From a virus: DNA of 64,000 bases. The stretch spans positions 1 through 64,000 of IMG/VR virus record IMGVR_UViG_3300047321_000445; one strand, written 5' to 3'. Numbering within the stretch: position 1 is the first letter of the stretch; each line of letters begins with the position of its first letter. The notes beneath the pieces are model-generated. The model worked only from the letters and a program-made list of their open reading frames with translations. It was not told the origin of the DNA and ran no database searches. Below, piece after piece: positions 29,603 to 39,039 of this stretch. The position numbers and the translations under genes are program-made.

Positions 29603-29896
29603 TCAGGCGGTGAAGTTGACGTCGGGCCAGTAGACGATCAGGTCCTTGCCCATGGCGTCGGTCCGGACGCGGTCGGCGAGGTCCATGGCCTCCTCGTGGC
29701 GGTCCTCGTCGGCGAGGGTCAGGGCGAGGGCGGTGAGGAACGGGGCGAGGGCGCCCGGGGGGATGACGACGGCCGCGCAGGTGGCGTTGAAGCCGTGCCC
29801 GTAGGCGGGCCGGATCAGGGACTCCTCCTCGTTGATGCTGGCGCGGTCCAGGGCGTCGGTGACGTCCTGGCGGGTGAGGGAGGCGGTGAGGTACAT
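29603..29896 (-). CDS. hypothetical protein (paralog of 31365..31640)
   Basis: FL.A.AL..AD..R...RVRT...G.....WPD. Confidence 0.75.
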   Translation of the reverse strand: MYLTASLTRQDVTDALDRASINEEESLIRPAYGHGFNATCAAVVIPPGALAPFLTALALTLADEDRHEEAMDLADRVRTDAMGKDLIVYWPDVNFTA

Positions 29897-29946
29897 GCGG
29901 TGGTCCTTTCGGATCGGGCGGGGCCGGTGGTGTCCGGCCCCGCTGT

Positions 29947-29993
29947 AAGACTTAGAGTACGCCCGTCCCGACCGTTTAGCAAGTCGGGACGGG
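29947..29993 (-). promoter_or_regulatory. class-B promoter/operator, full inverted repeat
   Basis: cccGTCCCGAC-N10-GTCGGGACggg; TTGCTA...TACTCT. Confidence 0.75.
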
Positions 29994-30004
29994 AGGACAG
30001 CGGG

Positions 30005-30412
30005 TCAGGACACGCGGTGCCCGCCCTCGTACACCCAGTGGATCACCGCGTACGTCGCGTCCACCCGGCGCTCCTGGATCCGCCTGATCGCCGCGTCCCG
30101 CAGCTCCCGGGCGTACGCGTAGGACTGCGCGCCCTCCGTGTACACGATGTCCGTGAAGCGCACGCCCGTGTCGGACAGGTGGCTGTACGCCACCACGTAG
30201 CCGATGACGTCGTGCAGACCGTGCTGGCAGCCCGCGCAGCCCTCCAGCGGGGTCAGCGGCGGGATGGCCGCGCTGGTCACGTACCCGGGAGTGACGCCGG
30301 GCGCAGCGTCCTCGGGCCGCGCCAGCGCCCAGTTGGCACGGAAGGTGACCGACACCCCGTCGGCCTGGTCCGCGCCCAGGTTGAGCATGTCCGGCTTCGG
30401 CTGCTGGTCCAT
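30005..30412 (-). CDS. hypothetical protein
   Basis: GAGGA RBS, own promoter. Confidence 0.7.
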   Translation of the reverse strand: MDQQPKPDMLNLGADQADGVSVTFRANWALARPEDAAPGVTPGYVTSAAIPPLTPLEGCAGCQHGLHDVIGYVVAYSHLSDTGVRFTDIVYTEGAQSYAYARELRDAAIRRIQERRVDATYAVIHWVYEGGHRVS

Positions 30413-30465
30413 CTGGCGTCCTCTCGCTCTCGGGGCCGGTGGTTCCGGTCCCGCTTGATAGAAGA

Positions 30466-30515
30466 AGAGTACCCCCGTCCCAACCATTACGCAAGTCGGG
30501 ACGGGAGGAATGTGC
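30466..30515 (-). promoter_or_regulatory. class-B promoter/operator
   Basis: GTCCCGAC-N10-GTTGGGAC; TTGCGT...TACTCT. Confidence 0.7.
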
Positions 30516-30518
30516 AGG

Positions 30519-30842
30519 TCAGGCCACAGACAAGACCACGCCATCCCACCACGGCGCCACCACCGCGAACACGTCGCCGTTGACCAGCGCCACCGACTCG
30601 GCCGTCCGCAACGGGTCCGCCCCGTCCTGTATCGCGGCCGTCAGCAGCCCCAGCGCACCCACCCGGCTGATCGCCGCGGACTGCTCGCCCACGGACATGC
30701 GGAACGAGTCGCCAGCCGGGAGCAGCACGAGCGCGTGCTCGATCGCGGTTGCAGTGACCGGCCGGAAGCCGGCCCGACGACGTCCCGGCTTGTCACTCGG
30801 GGGGAAGTCCATCCAGCGGGGCAGGGTGATCGGTTCGGCCAT
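30519..30842 (-). CDS. hypothetical protein
   Basis: GAGGA RBS. Confidence 0.65.
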   Translation of the reverse strand: MAEPITLPRWMDFPPSDKPGRRRAGFRPVTATAIEHALVLLPAGDSFRMSVGEQSAAISRVGALGLLTAAIQDGADPLRTAESVALVNGDVFAVVAPWWDGVVLSVA

Positions 30843-30902
30843 GGCCGTCGTCCTCTCTGGGGGTCGACTGGGGGCCGGCCGATCCGGCCCCCAGGGAATA
30901 CG

Positions 30903-31190
30903 TCAGGCGGCGTCCGGAACGGTCCGCAGCGCGCTCATGGCGGCGTCCGTGACGTCCATCGTCTGGCCCCAGGTCGCCTCGACGTCCAGGAACTCGCTGC
31001 CGCCGAAGCCGTCGCGGCCGACGATGCGGGCCTTGACCGGGTCGCTGCCGCTCGCTGCGGGGACCAGGACCGTCCAGGTGTAGGAGCCGTAGGTGACCTC
31101 GGCGGTCGCGCCGAGGTTCGTGCGCTTCCACGAGCCGCGTGCGGCTGCGATGGAGAAGACCAGCTCGGCGGTCGCGGGCGTGATGTCCAT
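30903..31190 (-). CDS. hypothetical protein
   Basis: GGAAGGA RBS. Confidence 0.75.
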   Translation of the reverse strand: MDITPATAELVFSIAAARGSWKRTNLGATAEVTYGSYTWTVLVPAASGSDPVKARIVGRDGFGGSEFLDVEATWGQTMDVTDAAMSALRTVPDAA

Positions 31191-31240
31191 GGGGTTCCTT
31201 CCGGCTGGGGAGGGGCGGTTGTTCCGGTCCCTTCAACACG

Positions 31241-31278
31241 CCTAAGAGTACAGGGGTCCCGACGTGAAAACAAGTAGG
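31241..31278 (-). promoter_or_regulatory. class-B promoter/operator (leftward of divergent pair)
   Basis: TTGTTT-tcacGTCGGGACccctg-TACTCT. Confidence 0.75.
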
Positions 31279-31283
31279 GATGA

Positions 31284-31317
31284 GACTGGATTTACCGTCG
31301 GGACACGTGTACTATAG
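31284..31317 (+). promoter_or_regulatory. class-B promoter/operator (rightward of divergent pair)
   Basis: TGGATT-taccGTCGGGACacgtg-TACTAT. Confidence 0.7.
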
Positions 31318-31364
31318 GGATCACCGGGGCGGGAACGACCCGCCCCACCAGCGAAAGGACGACA

Positions 31365-31640
31365 GTGCTCGAACTCTCCCGCAAGGACTTCACCGAGGCC
31401 TGCGAGCGGGCCCAGGTCTGGGGCTCCGTCACCGTCGACCCCCACCAGGGGCGCGGCGCCACCGGCCCCGGCCTGACTCTCCCGGTCGCCAAGGTGAACG
31501 ACTTCCTCGCCGCCATGGCCCTGATCATGGCTGACGGGGGTCGCAGCTCCGACGCGGTGCACCTCGTCGCCCGGGTCCGTACCGAGCCCCAGGGGCGCGG
31601 CGTGATGGCCTTCTGGCCGGACGCGGTCCTGGTCGACTGA
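31365..31640 (+). CDS. hypothetical protein (paralog of 29603..29896)
   Basis: AAAGGA RBS. Confidence 0.75.
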   Translation: MLELSRKDFTEACERAQVWGSVTVDPHQGRGATGPGLTLPVAKVNDFLAAMALIMADGGRSSDAVHLVARVRTEPQGRGVMAFWPDAVLVD

Positions 31641-31645
31641 TGAGC

Positions 31646-31678
31646 CTGCCCCCGGTCGCTCGACTCGACCGGGGGCAG
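31646..31678 (+). repeat. CTCGACT-loop hairpin
   Basis: ctgcccccggtcg-CTCGACT-cgaccgggggcag. Confidence 0.85.
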
Positions 31679-31686
31679 TGTCGTAG

Positions 31687-31732
31687 TCCAGACTTGTTTT
31701 CACGTCCGGACACGTGTACTGTCTGTCTTGTG
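31687..31732 (+). promoter_or_regulatory. class-B promoter/operator
   Basis: TTGTTT-tcacGTCCGGACacgtg-TACTGT. Confidence 0.7.
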
Positions 31733-31768
31733 AGGCCGGAACAGACCGGCCCCCACGGAAGGAGCCCC

Positions 31769-32332
31769 ATGGACACCCTCCCCGCCTTCACCCCGCTGCC
31801 CGTCTGGACCCCCCAGCTCCGCATGACCGCCCTCGGCTTCACGGCCGAACAGCACGCCATCGTCGACTCCGAGACCGCCAACCGCCGCATCGCCATGGTC
31901 ACCGAGCTCCGCGACCGCGCCGAGACCGCCGAGCGCGACGGCAGCCCGACGGCCGGCATGCTGCGCACCATGCTGGAGCGCGCCGTCGCCTCCGCCCAGC
32001 GCGCACAGACCCGCTGCACCAACAGCGGGGCGCTGCGCACCGACTGCACCACCTGCGACCACAGCCGTCAGCTGGAGCTGCTCGCCCAGGCCGGCGCCTG
32101 GAAGGAGGGGGACTACATCACCTGGCCCGGCGTCGAGCCGGACTGCTACCTCCTCACAGGCGTCAACCGCTTCTACATCACGTACGAGGCCCGCGACGGC
32201 TACCGCGCGACCGTCGACGACACGATCGGCATGTCCCTCGCCGACAAGATCAAGGACTGGCAGCCCGCCACGCCCGAGCAGATCGCCCGCTTCGAGCGCC
32301 TCTACCAGCCCGCCCCCTCCAACTGGGACTGA
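31769..32332 (+). CDS. hypothetical protein
   Basis: AAGGAG RBS. Confidence 0.75.
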   Translation: MDTLPAFTPLPVWTPQLRMTALGFTAEQHAIVDSETANRRIAMVTELRDRAETAERDGSPTAGMLRTMLERAVASAQRAQTRCTNSGALRTDCTTCDHSRQLELLAQAGAWKEGDYITWPGVEPDCYLLTGVNRFYITYEARDGYRATVDDTIGMSLADKIKDWQPATPEQIARFERLYQPAPSNWD

Positions 32333-32339
32333 CCCGCCC

Positions 32340-32372
32340 CTGCGCCCGGCTACTCGACTGAGCCGGGCGCAG
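32340..32372 (+). repeat. CTCGACT-loop hairpin
   Basis: ctgcgcccggcta-CTCGACT-gagccgggcgcag. Confidence 0.85.
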
Positions 32373-32439
32373 CCGCTCCACCCGCCCATCCCCGAGGACC
32401 GGACCGGCCGGCCCCGACCCGCTGAGGGAGGAACCACCA

Positions 32440-32847
32440 ATGATCACCACCGCTGTCACCGACACGGCCGCCGCCCAGACCATCACGCTGCGCACCATCA
32501 CCGGCGACGAGCTGTTCACCGCCACCCGCATGACGGCCGAGGGGCTGCGCGCCTGGCGTTGGGTGCTGCACGGCCTGGAGACCGAGCACGTGCTGTGCAG
32601 CAAGGTGAGCGGGTGGCACCCCCGCGGCTACGTCGTCGCCGACCAGGACGGCCGCCACGTCGGCGTCGTCATCGAAGGCGGCGGGCGCGTCCACGCCGAG
32701 TGGTACGACCCCAGCCGCGAGGACTACTTCTACGCCGGGGCCGGCTCGCGCCTCGCGCACGGTGTCAACGCCGTCCGTGGTCAGCAGGTCTGGGCGCAGC
32801 GTCACCCGTGGAACCCCGCCCCCGTGGCGCGCACCCTCGCCGCATAG
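32440..32847 (+). CDS. hypothetical protein
   Basis: GGAGGA RBS. Confidence 0.75.
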   Translation: MITTAVTDTAAAQTITLRTITGDELFTATRMTAEGLRAWRWVLHGLETEHVLCSKVSGWHPRGYVVADQDGRHVGVVIEGGGRVHAEWYDPSREDYFYAGAGSRLAHGVNAVRGQQVWAQRHPWNPAPVARTLAA

Positions 32848-32852
32848 ATTCT

Positions 32853-32891
32853 CCGTCCCGACTTGTCATCATGTCGGGACGGGAGTAATGT
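32853..32891 (+). promoter_or_regulatory. class-B promoter/operator, full inverted repeat
   Basis: GTCCCGAC-ttgtcatcat-GTCGGGAC; TTGTCA-N17-TAATGT. Confidence 0.75.
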
Positions 32892-32897
32892 CAGTGC

Positions 32898-32933
32898 TGC
32901 GGCGGCGACCACTCGACTTGGCCGCCCGCCGCA
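32898..32933 (+). repeat. CTCGACT-loop hairpin in a 5' leader
   Basis: tgcggcggcgacca-CTCGACT-tggccgcccgccgca directly after the -10 element. Confidence 0.75.
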
Positions 32934-32962
32934 CCACCCACCCGAGATACGGAGACACTCCC

Positions 32963-34384
32963 TTGACCGAGACCACCACCACCCCGACGGCCACCGACGA
33001 GCCCGAGACCCCCGAGTGCCGCCAGCACGGCCCCATGGTGCTGCGCACCAACATCCAGGCCCCCGCCACGGCCACCTGGTACTGCCCTGACGAGGTCTGC
33101 ACCAACACGGTGCTGCACCCGGCGAAGGACACCCCGCGCAAGGGCGAGATCGCCATCGTCCACACCCGCGCCGACGGCACCCTCCTGGAGGGCTCCCGCA
33201 AGGGCGACGGCGTATGGGAGATCGTCCGCGAGCACGGCTTCCGGTCCTCCCGCAACATCGGCCTGTACATCCAGCAGTCCCGCGACAAGGCCGCCAAGCG
33301 CTGGTACATAGACCGTGCCGCCGAGGCCCTGCGCGCGGCCGGCTGGACCGTCGTCATCGACATCGACGAGGACACCCGGCGCAGCTTCGCCGAGGCCGAG
33401 GCGGACCGCGTGGAGCGCGCAGGGAACCGCGCCGACCGGTTCGACGGGTACGCCGACAACGCCGCCTCGCGCTCCGACGCCGCCTATGCCGGGGTCAAGC
33501 GGATCGCCGACGGGATACCGATGGGCCAGCCGATCCTGGTCGGCCACCACAGCGAGGCCGGGGCGCGCCGGGACGTCGCGCGTATGGACGCCGGGATGCG
33601 CCGCAGCATCGACGAGGGCGACAAGGCCGCGCACTGGGCCAGCCGCGCCAAGGCCGCAGGCTCGTACGAGGAGTTCCGGAAGGCTCCGGGGCGCACGCTG
33701 CGCCGCATCGCCAAGCTGGAGGCCGACCTGCGCCGTGTCGAGAAGTGGCTGCGCGGCGAGAGCGCGGGCGGCTTCACCCGGGACCTCACGCCCGCCACGG
33801 TCGCCGAGTTGAACCGGCGCAAGGAGGAGCTGGAGGAAGAGATCGGGTTCTGGCGGCACGTCATTGCCAAGGCCGAGGAAGGCGGCTTCAAGGTCTGGGG
33901 CAAGGCCGACTTCAAGCGCGGCGACTTCGTCCTGTACGGCGGCACCTGGTACGAGGTGCTGCGCGTCAACGCCAAGTCCGTGTCGATCCCGCACATCCAC
34001 AACGGCACCGGCCGCAGGGTCGTGCGCAAGGGCGACGGCCACGTGGCGGACTGGACCTGGTTGGCCCCGTACGACGACGTGCGCGGCCGCAGGACGGCCG
34101 AGGAGCAGGCGGCTGTGGAATCGCCCGCCGAACCGGTCGCCGAGGCCGCTGTGGAGGACGAGAGGCCCGCGCGCTTCGCCGTGGCGATCGAGACCGACGA
34201 GCGGGAGTGGATGCGGTTCCACGAGCGGGACCGCGCGGTCGCCTGCGCGGCGGGCTACGGGCTCGGTGAGGAGTACGTCAAGGACACCCACGAGCCGGCT
34301 GCCGAGGCCGCTGAGGGCGCGGAGAAGCCCGCCGCCGCGGTGCCCGTGATGCACGAGGACCGGTTCCTGCCGCTGGACCGCTGA
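32963..34384 (+). CDS. DUF3560 domain-containing protein
   Basis: GIPMGQPILVGHHSE signature; TTG start after GGAG. Confidence 0.85.
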   Translation: MTETTTTPTATDEPETPECRQHGPMVLRTNIQAPATATWYCPDEVCTNTVLHPAKDTPRKGEIAIVHTRADGTLLEGSRKGDGVWEIVREHGFRSSRNIGLYIQQSRDKAAKRWYIDRAAEALRAAGWTVVIDIDEDTRRSFAEAEADRVERAGNRADRFDGYADNAASRSDAAYAGVKRIADGIPMGQPILVGHHSEAGARRDVARMDAGMRRSIDEGDKAAHWASRAKAAGSYEEFRKAPGRTLRRIAKLEADLRRVEKWLRGESAGGFTRDLTPATVAELNRRKEELEEEIGFWRHVIAKAEEGGFKVWGKADFKRGDFVLYGGTWYEVLRVNAKSVSIPHIHNGTGRRVVRKGDGHVADWTWLAPYDDVRGRRTAEEQAAVESPAEPVAEAAVEDERPARFAVAIETDEREWMRFHERDRAVACAAGYGLGEEYVKDTHEPAAEAAEGAEKPAAAVPVMHEDRFLPLDR

Positions 34385-34397
34385 GCCCCTGGAGTTG

Positions 34398-34434
34398 CTG
34401 CGCCCCTGACCCGGTCGAGTGGTCGGGGGCGCAG
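34398..34434 (-). repeat. inverted variant hairpin (loop CTCGACC on - strand)
   Basis: ctgcgcccctgacc-cggtcgagt-ggtcgggggcgcag. Confidence 0.65.
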
Positions 34435-34482
34435 TCGCGTCCGGGGTCGGCTGCGCCCTGACCAGCAAGGTTTCCAGGAAGG

Positions 34483-34531
34483 GACTTGCTTTCACGTCGG
34501 GACGGGTGTACCTTAAGTCTTGTGAACGGGG
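34483..34531 (+). promoter_or_regulatory. class-B promoter/operator
   Basis: TTGCTT-tcacGTCGGGACgggtg-TACCTT-aagtcttgtgaacgggg. Confidence 0.75.
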
Positions 34532-34556
34532 CACACCGCCCCCGAAGGGAGAGACG

Positions 34557-35396
34557 ATGATCGCCCACAAGCCCACCCTCGCCACGGTCCTCGCAGTCAG
34601 GCCGGCCCAGCTCACCAGCCTCACCCCGGTCGAGATCGACCGCATGAACCTGGTCCTCTGGACAGAGGTCGACCGCCGAGAGGCCGCCGTCGACCGGGCC
34701 GAGGACCGTCTCTTCAGCGCCCTGCTGATCGACAAGGAGAGCGTCCGCCACGGGCGCGGCTGGCGCCAGGTCTGGCCGGTCAGCGTGACCGAGGCGGAGC
34801 GGCTCGCCCGCGAACACCTCGACACGGGTTACGAGATCAGCGACCGCGACAAGCTGATGCGCGGCCTGCACGGCAACCGCTACGCCGAGCAGCTGGCCGC
34901 AGCAGTCGACACGCTGGTGGCCGGCCGGGCCGCGGTGAAGGAGCTCACCGGCGGTCCCGTCGAAGTCCTGGACGACGAGTACCGCCGTCGGGGCGGCTGG
35001 TCGCGCATGCACCTCTGCCTCACTGACGGAGGCCACATCCACACCGGCCGCGAGTGCCCGAGCATCGGCCCCTCCACCCAGCTGGCATGGCTGCCCGAGG
35101 TCTCTGGCATGGACTGGCGCGAGGCGTTCGAGACGGTGATCGCCAAGAGCATGGCGGGGAGCACCCAGGTGATCATGTGCACCAAGTGCTACCGGGACGC
35201 GCCCACCGAGTGGACCGAGAAGCAGGCCGACCCCAACGAGTGCCCCATGTCCCGCAAGGACGCGTTCGAGCACATGACGCCCAAGCAGCGCCGCCTGCAC
35301 CGCAAGTACGCCACCTGCCCGGGGTGCCAGGAGGGCGTGAGCGTGACGAGCGCCTGGAAGTTCCGCAAGCACGGCAAGCCGCAGCGCGCGGTCTGA
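34557..35396 (+). CDS. phage-type hypothetical protein with Cys motifs
   Basis: GWSR....GGHIH....C.S...WLPE.SG...CTKCY.DAP. Confidence 0.8.
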   Translation: MIAHKPTLATVLAVRPAQLTSLTPVEIDRMNLVLWTEVDRREAAVDRAEDRLFSALLIDKESVRHGRGWRQVWPVSVTEAERLAREHLDTGYEISDRDKLMRGLHGNRYAEQLAAAVDTLVAGRAAVKELTGGPVEVLDDEYRRRGGWSRMHLCLTDGGHIHTGRECPSIGPSTQLAWLPEVSGMDWREAFETVIAKSMAGSTQVIMCTKCYRDAPTEWTEKQADPNECPMSRKDAFEHMTPKQRRLHRKYATCPGCQEGVSVTSAWKFRKHGKPQRAV

Positions 35397-35405
35397 CCGG
35401 CAGCT

Positions 35406-35442
35406 GGCTGGGGCCTGGCACTCGACTTGCCAGGCCCCAGCC
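35406..35442 (+). repeat. CTCGACT-loop hairpin
   Basis: ggctggggcctggca-CTCGACT-tgccaggccccagcc. Confidence 0.85.
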
Positions 35443-35479
35443 CCGGGCTCGGCCCCGGTCTGCGCGGGAGTCTTGGCGT

Positions 35480-35527
35480 CCGACTTGTTTTCACGTCGGG
35501 ACGTATGTACTCTAGGTCTTGTCAACG
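35480..35527 (+). promoter_or_regulatory. class-B promoter/operator
   Basis: TTGTTT-tcacGTCGGGACgtatg-TACTCT. Confidence 0.75.
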
Positions 35528-35551
35528 GAACACCGACCCACGGAGGACCCC

Positions 35552-35893
35552 ATGATGATCACCCTCGACCTCCCCGAGGCCCTGAGCTACGAGATCGTCT
35601 ACACGGCCGCGACGACCTGCCTGGCCAACCGTCGCTCGGGCATCTTCGAGTCCATCTCCATCCCTGCCGCCGAGAACCCCGCCGACGGCTGGAACCTGCG
35701 CCTCGTGGCCCTGAACAAGAAGGACGGCAGCACGCTCCTGGTGGACCTGCTGCGCCCCGTGGACGAGCGCTCCCCGTTCGCCGCCAGCGCCCGCGAGCGC
35801 CTGGCCGGAGGCGAGCGCCTGGCCATGCTGCTGGACCTGCTGCCCGAGCAGGCGCGCGGCGAGGTCATCCGCATCCCGCTCACCCGGGACTGA
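35552..35893 (+). CDS. hypothetical protein
   Basis: GGAGGA RBS. Confidence 0.75.
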   Translation: MMITLDLPEALSYEIVYTAATTCLANRRSGIFESISIPAAENPADGWNLRLVALNKKDGSTLLVDLLRPVDERSPFAASARERLAGGERLAMLLDLLPEQARGEVIRIPLTRD

Positions 35894-35909
35894 CCCACCC
35901 CCCCCAGCT

Positions 35910-35942
35910 CCGCCCCCGGCTACTCGACTTGGCCGGGGGCGG
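35910..35942 (+). repeat. CTCGACT-loop hairpin
   Basis: ccgcccccggcta-CTCGACT-tggccgggggcgg. Confidence 0.85.
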
Positions 35943-35973
35943 CCGCCCACCCACCCACCGGAAGGACCCCAGC

Positions 35974-36555
35974 ATGACGACCGCAGCCGCAGGCCTCGGC
36001 GGGCTCATCGCCCGCGCAGCCCCGTTCACCTCGTACCGCACGTACACGTACAACACAGACCCGAACGTCCCGGGCATCCAGGGGCTTGCCACGGTCGCCG
36101 AAGCCACGGAGCTGGTGCGCGCCCACGTGGCTGCTGACAGCCGGCTGCGCAGCACGGCGGCGACCCCCTACGGCGCGGTCATCCTGCACCAGGGCGACAC
36201 GCATATCCGGCTGGAGCCGGGCATCGACGCTCGCCCCCAGCGGCTGACCGGGCGCCAGGCCGACGACCTGCTGCTGATCGGCCGTGTTCAGGACCGGGCG
36301 AAGGTCGTGTGGGAGCCGGCCAAGGGGTGGGCGACGGTCCAGGGCGGGGTGTGGCGCATCCCCGCGGTTTCCACGGAGCGGCTGGTCAGGCGTGGATGGA
36401 TCGCCACGGAGGGCGCCGACGGGGCCCTGGTGACCGTCTCCCTGGCTGGGGTGGTCGCCCTGCAGTGGCGCTACCTCAAGGGCGAGCGGGTGTCGTCGAC
36501 TGCGCGCTGGGCGGAGGACGTGGCCGAGCATGTCGTGGACGTATTCTCCTCGTGA
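35974..36555 (+). CDS. hypothetical protein
   Basis: GAAGGA RBS. Confidence 0.75.
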   Translation: MTTAAAGLGGLIARAAPFTSYRTYTYNTDPNVPGIQGLATVAEATELVRAHVAADSRLRSTAATPYGAVILHQGDTHIRLEPGIDARPQRLTGRQADDLLLIGRVQDRAKVVWEPAKGWATVQGGVWRIPAVSTERLVRRGWIATEGADGALVTVSLAGVVALQWRYLKGERVSSTARWAEDVAEHVVDVFSS

Positions 36556-36556
36556 C

Positions 36557-36607
36557 CCGACTTGCTTTAACGTCGGGACGCCTGTACCTTAGGTCTTGTG
36601 AACGGGG
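36557..36607 (+). promoter_or_regulatory. class-B promoter/operator
   Basis: TTGCTT-taacGTCGGGACgcctg-TACCTT. Confidence 0.75.
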
Positions 36608-36638
36608 CACACCGCCCCGACCGACCGAGGAGGACCCC

Positions 36639-37157
36639 ATGGCCATCACCACCGCGACCGCCACCGGCCAGGCCGAAGCCGACCGCCTGCGCGCCTCGGC
36701 CCGCCAGCACGAAGCGGACGTGATCGAGTCCCGCGACCGCTGCGACACCGACGGCTTCCTCTCCCAGTGGGCGTCCGGCCGCATGGCCGGCCTGGACTAC
36801 CTCGCGGCCGAGATCGCCGAGGCGGGCGGCAAGTGGGACTTCGGCGGCCTCTTCGACCTGGAGGGCAACCTGGTCCCGGCCATCCGGCTCCAGAACCGCT
36901 ACGACGGCTGGTCCTGGAAGCTCCTGGACGAGCGCGGCCGGTGCGCTGGCTGGTTCAACGAGTCCAAGGCCAAGACCGAGGAGCGGCGCGTGGCCGCCCA
37001 CGCCAAGCAGGGCTTCTACGTCGGCCGCGTCCGCGTCCCGGCCAAGGCCGAGATGCAGGGCGGCAACTACTTCTCGGTGCGGGCGGTCCCGGTCCGCCTG
37101 GACGAGGGCTGGGACCCGGAGGCCGAGATCCTCGACAACGGCCAGCCCACGGCCTGA
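36639..37157 (+). CDS. phage-type hypothetical protein
   Basis: S.DRCDTDGFLSQWA motif; GAGGAGG RBS. Confidence 0.8.
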   Translation: MAITTATATGQAEADRLRASARQHEADVIESRDRCDTDGFLSQWASGRMAGLDYLAAEIAEAGGKWDFGGLFDLEGNLVPAIRLQNRYDGWSWKLLDERGRCAGWFNESKAKTEERRVAAHAKQGFYVGRVRVPAKAEMQGGNYFSVRAVPVRLDEGWDPEAEILDNGQPTA

Positions 37158-37170
37158 CACCCCGCCCCTT

Positions 37171-37207
37171 GGCTGCGCCCGGCCACTCGACTTGGCCGGG
37201 CGTGGCC
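37171..37207 (+). repeat. CTCGACT-loop hairpin
   Basis: ggctgcgcccggcca-CTCGACT-tggccgggcgtggcc. Confidence 0.85.
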
Positions 37208-37239
37208 GCCCCCGCCACAAGCCCCAGGAGTAGAGCCCC

Positions 37240-37554
37240 ATGAGCAACCCGCCCACCTCCATCGCCGACCAGCGGCAGGCCTGGAAGAGACTTCGCCCCG
37301 AGGCTCTCGCCCAGCTCGCCACGACCATGAACGCCGCCGAGATAGCCGACGCCTTCGGCGTGGCCCGCCCGGCCGTGGAGCAGCGTCTCGCGTACCACGG
37401 TCTCGTCGCCTGCGTCGGTGGCCCCACGCCCCGCCGCAAGCTCGTCCACAACCGGCTCATCCACTGCCCCGCCACCACGACGCTCGGCACCGTCTGCGGC
37501 GCGCCCCAGGAGCCTGACGGCACCTGCCGGTGGGCCCACCAGCACACGGCCTGA
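37240..37554 (+). CDS. small HTH protein
   Basis: MNAAEIADAFGVARPAV. Confidence 0.7.
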   Translation: MSNPPTSIADQRQAWKRLRPEALAQLATTMNAAEIADAFGVARPAVEQRLAYHGLVACVGGPTPRRKLVHNRLIHCPATTTLGTVCGAPQEPDGTCRWAHQHTA

Positions 37555-37567
37555 CACCCCCCTCCCT

Positions 37568-37604
37568 GGTTGCGCCCGGCCACTCGACTTGGCCGGGCGC
37601 AGCC
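37568..37604 (+). repeat. CTCGACT-loop hairpin
   Basis: ggttgcgcccggcca-CTCGACT-tggccgggcgcagcc. Confidence 0.85.
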
Positions 37605-37651
37605 GCCCCGCTCATCCATCCCCGCTCCATCACCCTCCCGAGGAGAGATCC

Positions 37652-37942
37652 ATGGACACCACCGCTGCATCCACGGCCGGCGCCGAGGACACCCGCCGCG
37701 ACTGGGCCATCGTCGCCATCACCTCCCAGTCCATCCACTGCGCCGACAGGCAGGCCGCCGAGGAGGTGGCTGAAGACCGCCCGCACCTCACGGTCGTCTC
37801 GCGGCCGCTCGGGGGCGAGTGGGAGCCGCTGTCGCAGCCGGTCGTCCCGGTCGACCTGGGGCCGCTGAGCGACGAGCAGCTGGCGGCGCTCCAGTTCGAG
37901 GCCGCGCGGCTGTTGGCGCGCCGTCAGGGCCGCGCGCTGTAG
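37652..37942 (+). CDS. hypothetical protein
   Basis: GAGGAG RBS. Confidence 0.7.
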   Translation: MDTTAASTAGAEDTRRDWAIVAITSQSIHCADRQAAEEVAEDRPHLTVVSRPLGGEWEPLSQPVVPVDLGPLSDEQLAALQFEAARLLARRQGRAL

Positions 37943-38038
37943 TTCCTGCTGAGTCCTGCTGCGCCCCGGTCGACATGGCCGGGGCGCAGTCGCGTTCGGG
38001 GGTGGGCTGTGCCCTGACCAGCGGGTTTTCACCCCTAG

Positions 38039-38086
38039 GCTTGCATGCACGTCGGGACACGTGTACTCTAGGTCTTGTGAACGGGG
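38039..38086 (+). promoter_or_regulatory. class-B promoter/operator
   Basis: TTGCAT-gcacGTCGGGACacgtg-TACTCT. Confidence 0.75.
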
Positions 38087-38115
38087 CAACGCCCCACCCG
38101 ACCGAGGAGGACCCC

Positions 38116-38376
38116 ATGGACACCATCGCCGCCGACAACCTGACCGGCACCTACTACCCCGCCGCCCCCGGCGCCCGCACCTGGCGCGAGGCCCGCCCCC
38201 TCTACATCGGCCGCGACCGCGTCTCGGCCGAGATCACGGCCGACCGCCAGGGCTACGTCTTCGTCGGCCTGCACATGGTCTTCGCCGGGGCCATCCCCGC
38301 CGACGTCCAGGGCAGCGCCGACGTGACCCGCTGGGCCCGCGAGGTGGCCCTGTCCACGCTCACGCTCGCCGCCTGA
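38116..38376 (+). CDS. hypothetical protein
   Basis: GAGGAGG RBS. Confidence 0.75.
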   Translation: MDTIAADNLTGTYYPAAPGARTWREARPLYIGRDRVSAEITADRQGYVFVGLHMVFAGAIPADVQGSADVTRWAREVALSTLTLAA

Positions 38377-38390
38377 CCCACCATCCGCCC

Positions 38391-38427
38391 GCCGCGCCCC
38401 GGCCGCTCGACTAGCCCGGGGCGCGGC
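38391..38427 (+). repeat. CTCGACT-loop hairpin
   Basis: gccgcgccccggccg-CTCGACT-agcccggggcgcggc. Confidence 0.8.
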
Positions 38428-38448
38428 ACCCACCCCGAGAGGAACCCC

Positions 38449-38970
38449 ATGGCCATCGCAGACCTGAAGCTGCTGCCCGCCGTCGCCTTCGACCGCCCCA
38501 CCCAGGACGGCATGAAGCCGCTCCCCGAGGGCTACGACCCGAGCCGGCTGACGATCGTCCGCGCCGACCAGGTGCGCACTGGGGACCTGGTCGTCGGCAG
38601 CGTCGACCAGCCCCTGAAGCGCGGCAGCCTGCTCCGCTGGGCGACGTACCTGGCGGCCGCGTACGTCGCGCAGCCGGGCCCGTACGAGGCCGACTGCGCG
38701 TCCTGCCGGGCCTGGACGTCCACGCCCGTGCCGGATGCCGAGTGGGTGTCCCTGGCCCCGCACGTCCCGCAGCTCGCGGACGAGCTGATCTCCATCGTCC
38801 CGGCGCCCGAGCCGGTGGAGGCCGCACCGCGGCCGTGCGTGCACACCTGCACCTGCGAGAACGGCCGCCTGCGGCAGACGACCCGCAGCTTCTACCCGGC
38901 CGCCATCTGCGGCGACTGTCACCGCCGTCCGTGCGGCGCCTGCCGTGACGCGGCCCGCTCGACCCACTGA
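38449..38970 (+). CDS. Cys-rich hypothetical protein
   Basis: GAGGA RBS; several CxxC. Confidence 0.7.
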   Translation: MAIADLKLLPAVAFDRPTQDGMKPLPEGYDPSRLTIVRADQVRTGDLVVGSVDQPLKRGSLLRWATYLAAAYVAQPGPYEADCASCRAWTSTPVPDAEWVSLAPHVPQLADELISIVPAPEPVEAAPRPCVHTCTCENGRLRQTTRSFYPAAICGDCHRRPCGACRDAARSTH

Positions 38971-38982
38971 TCCCACCTCACG

Positions 38983-39019
38983 GCTGCGCCCCGGCCACTC
39001 GACTTGGCCGGGGCGCAGC
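38983..39019 (+). repeat. CTCGACT-loop hairpin
   Basis: gctgcgccccggcca-CTCGACT-tggccggggcgcagc. Confidence 0.85.
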
Positions 39020-39039
39020 ACCCACACCGAGAGGACACC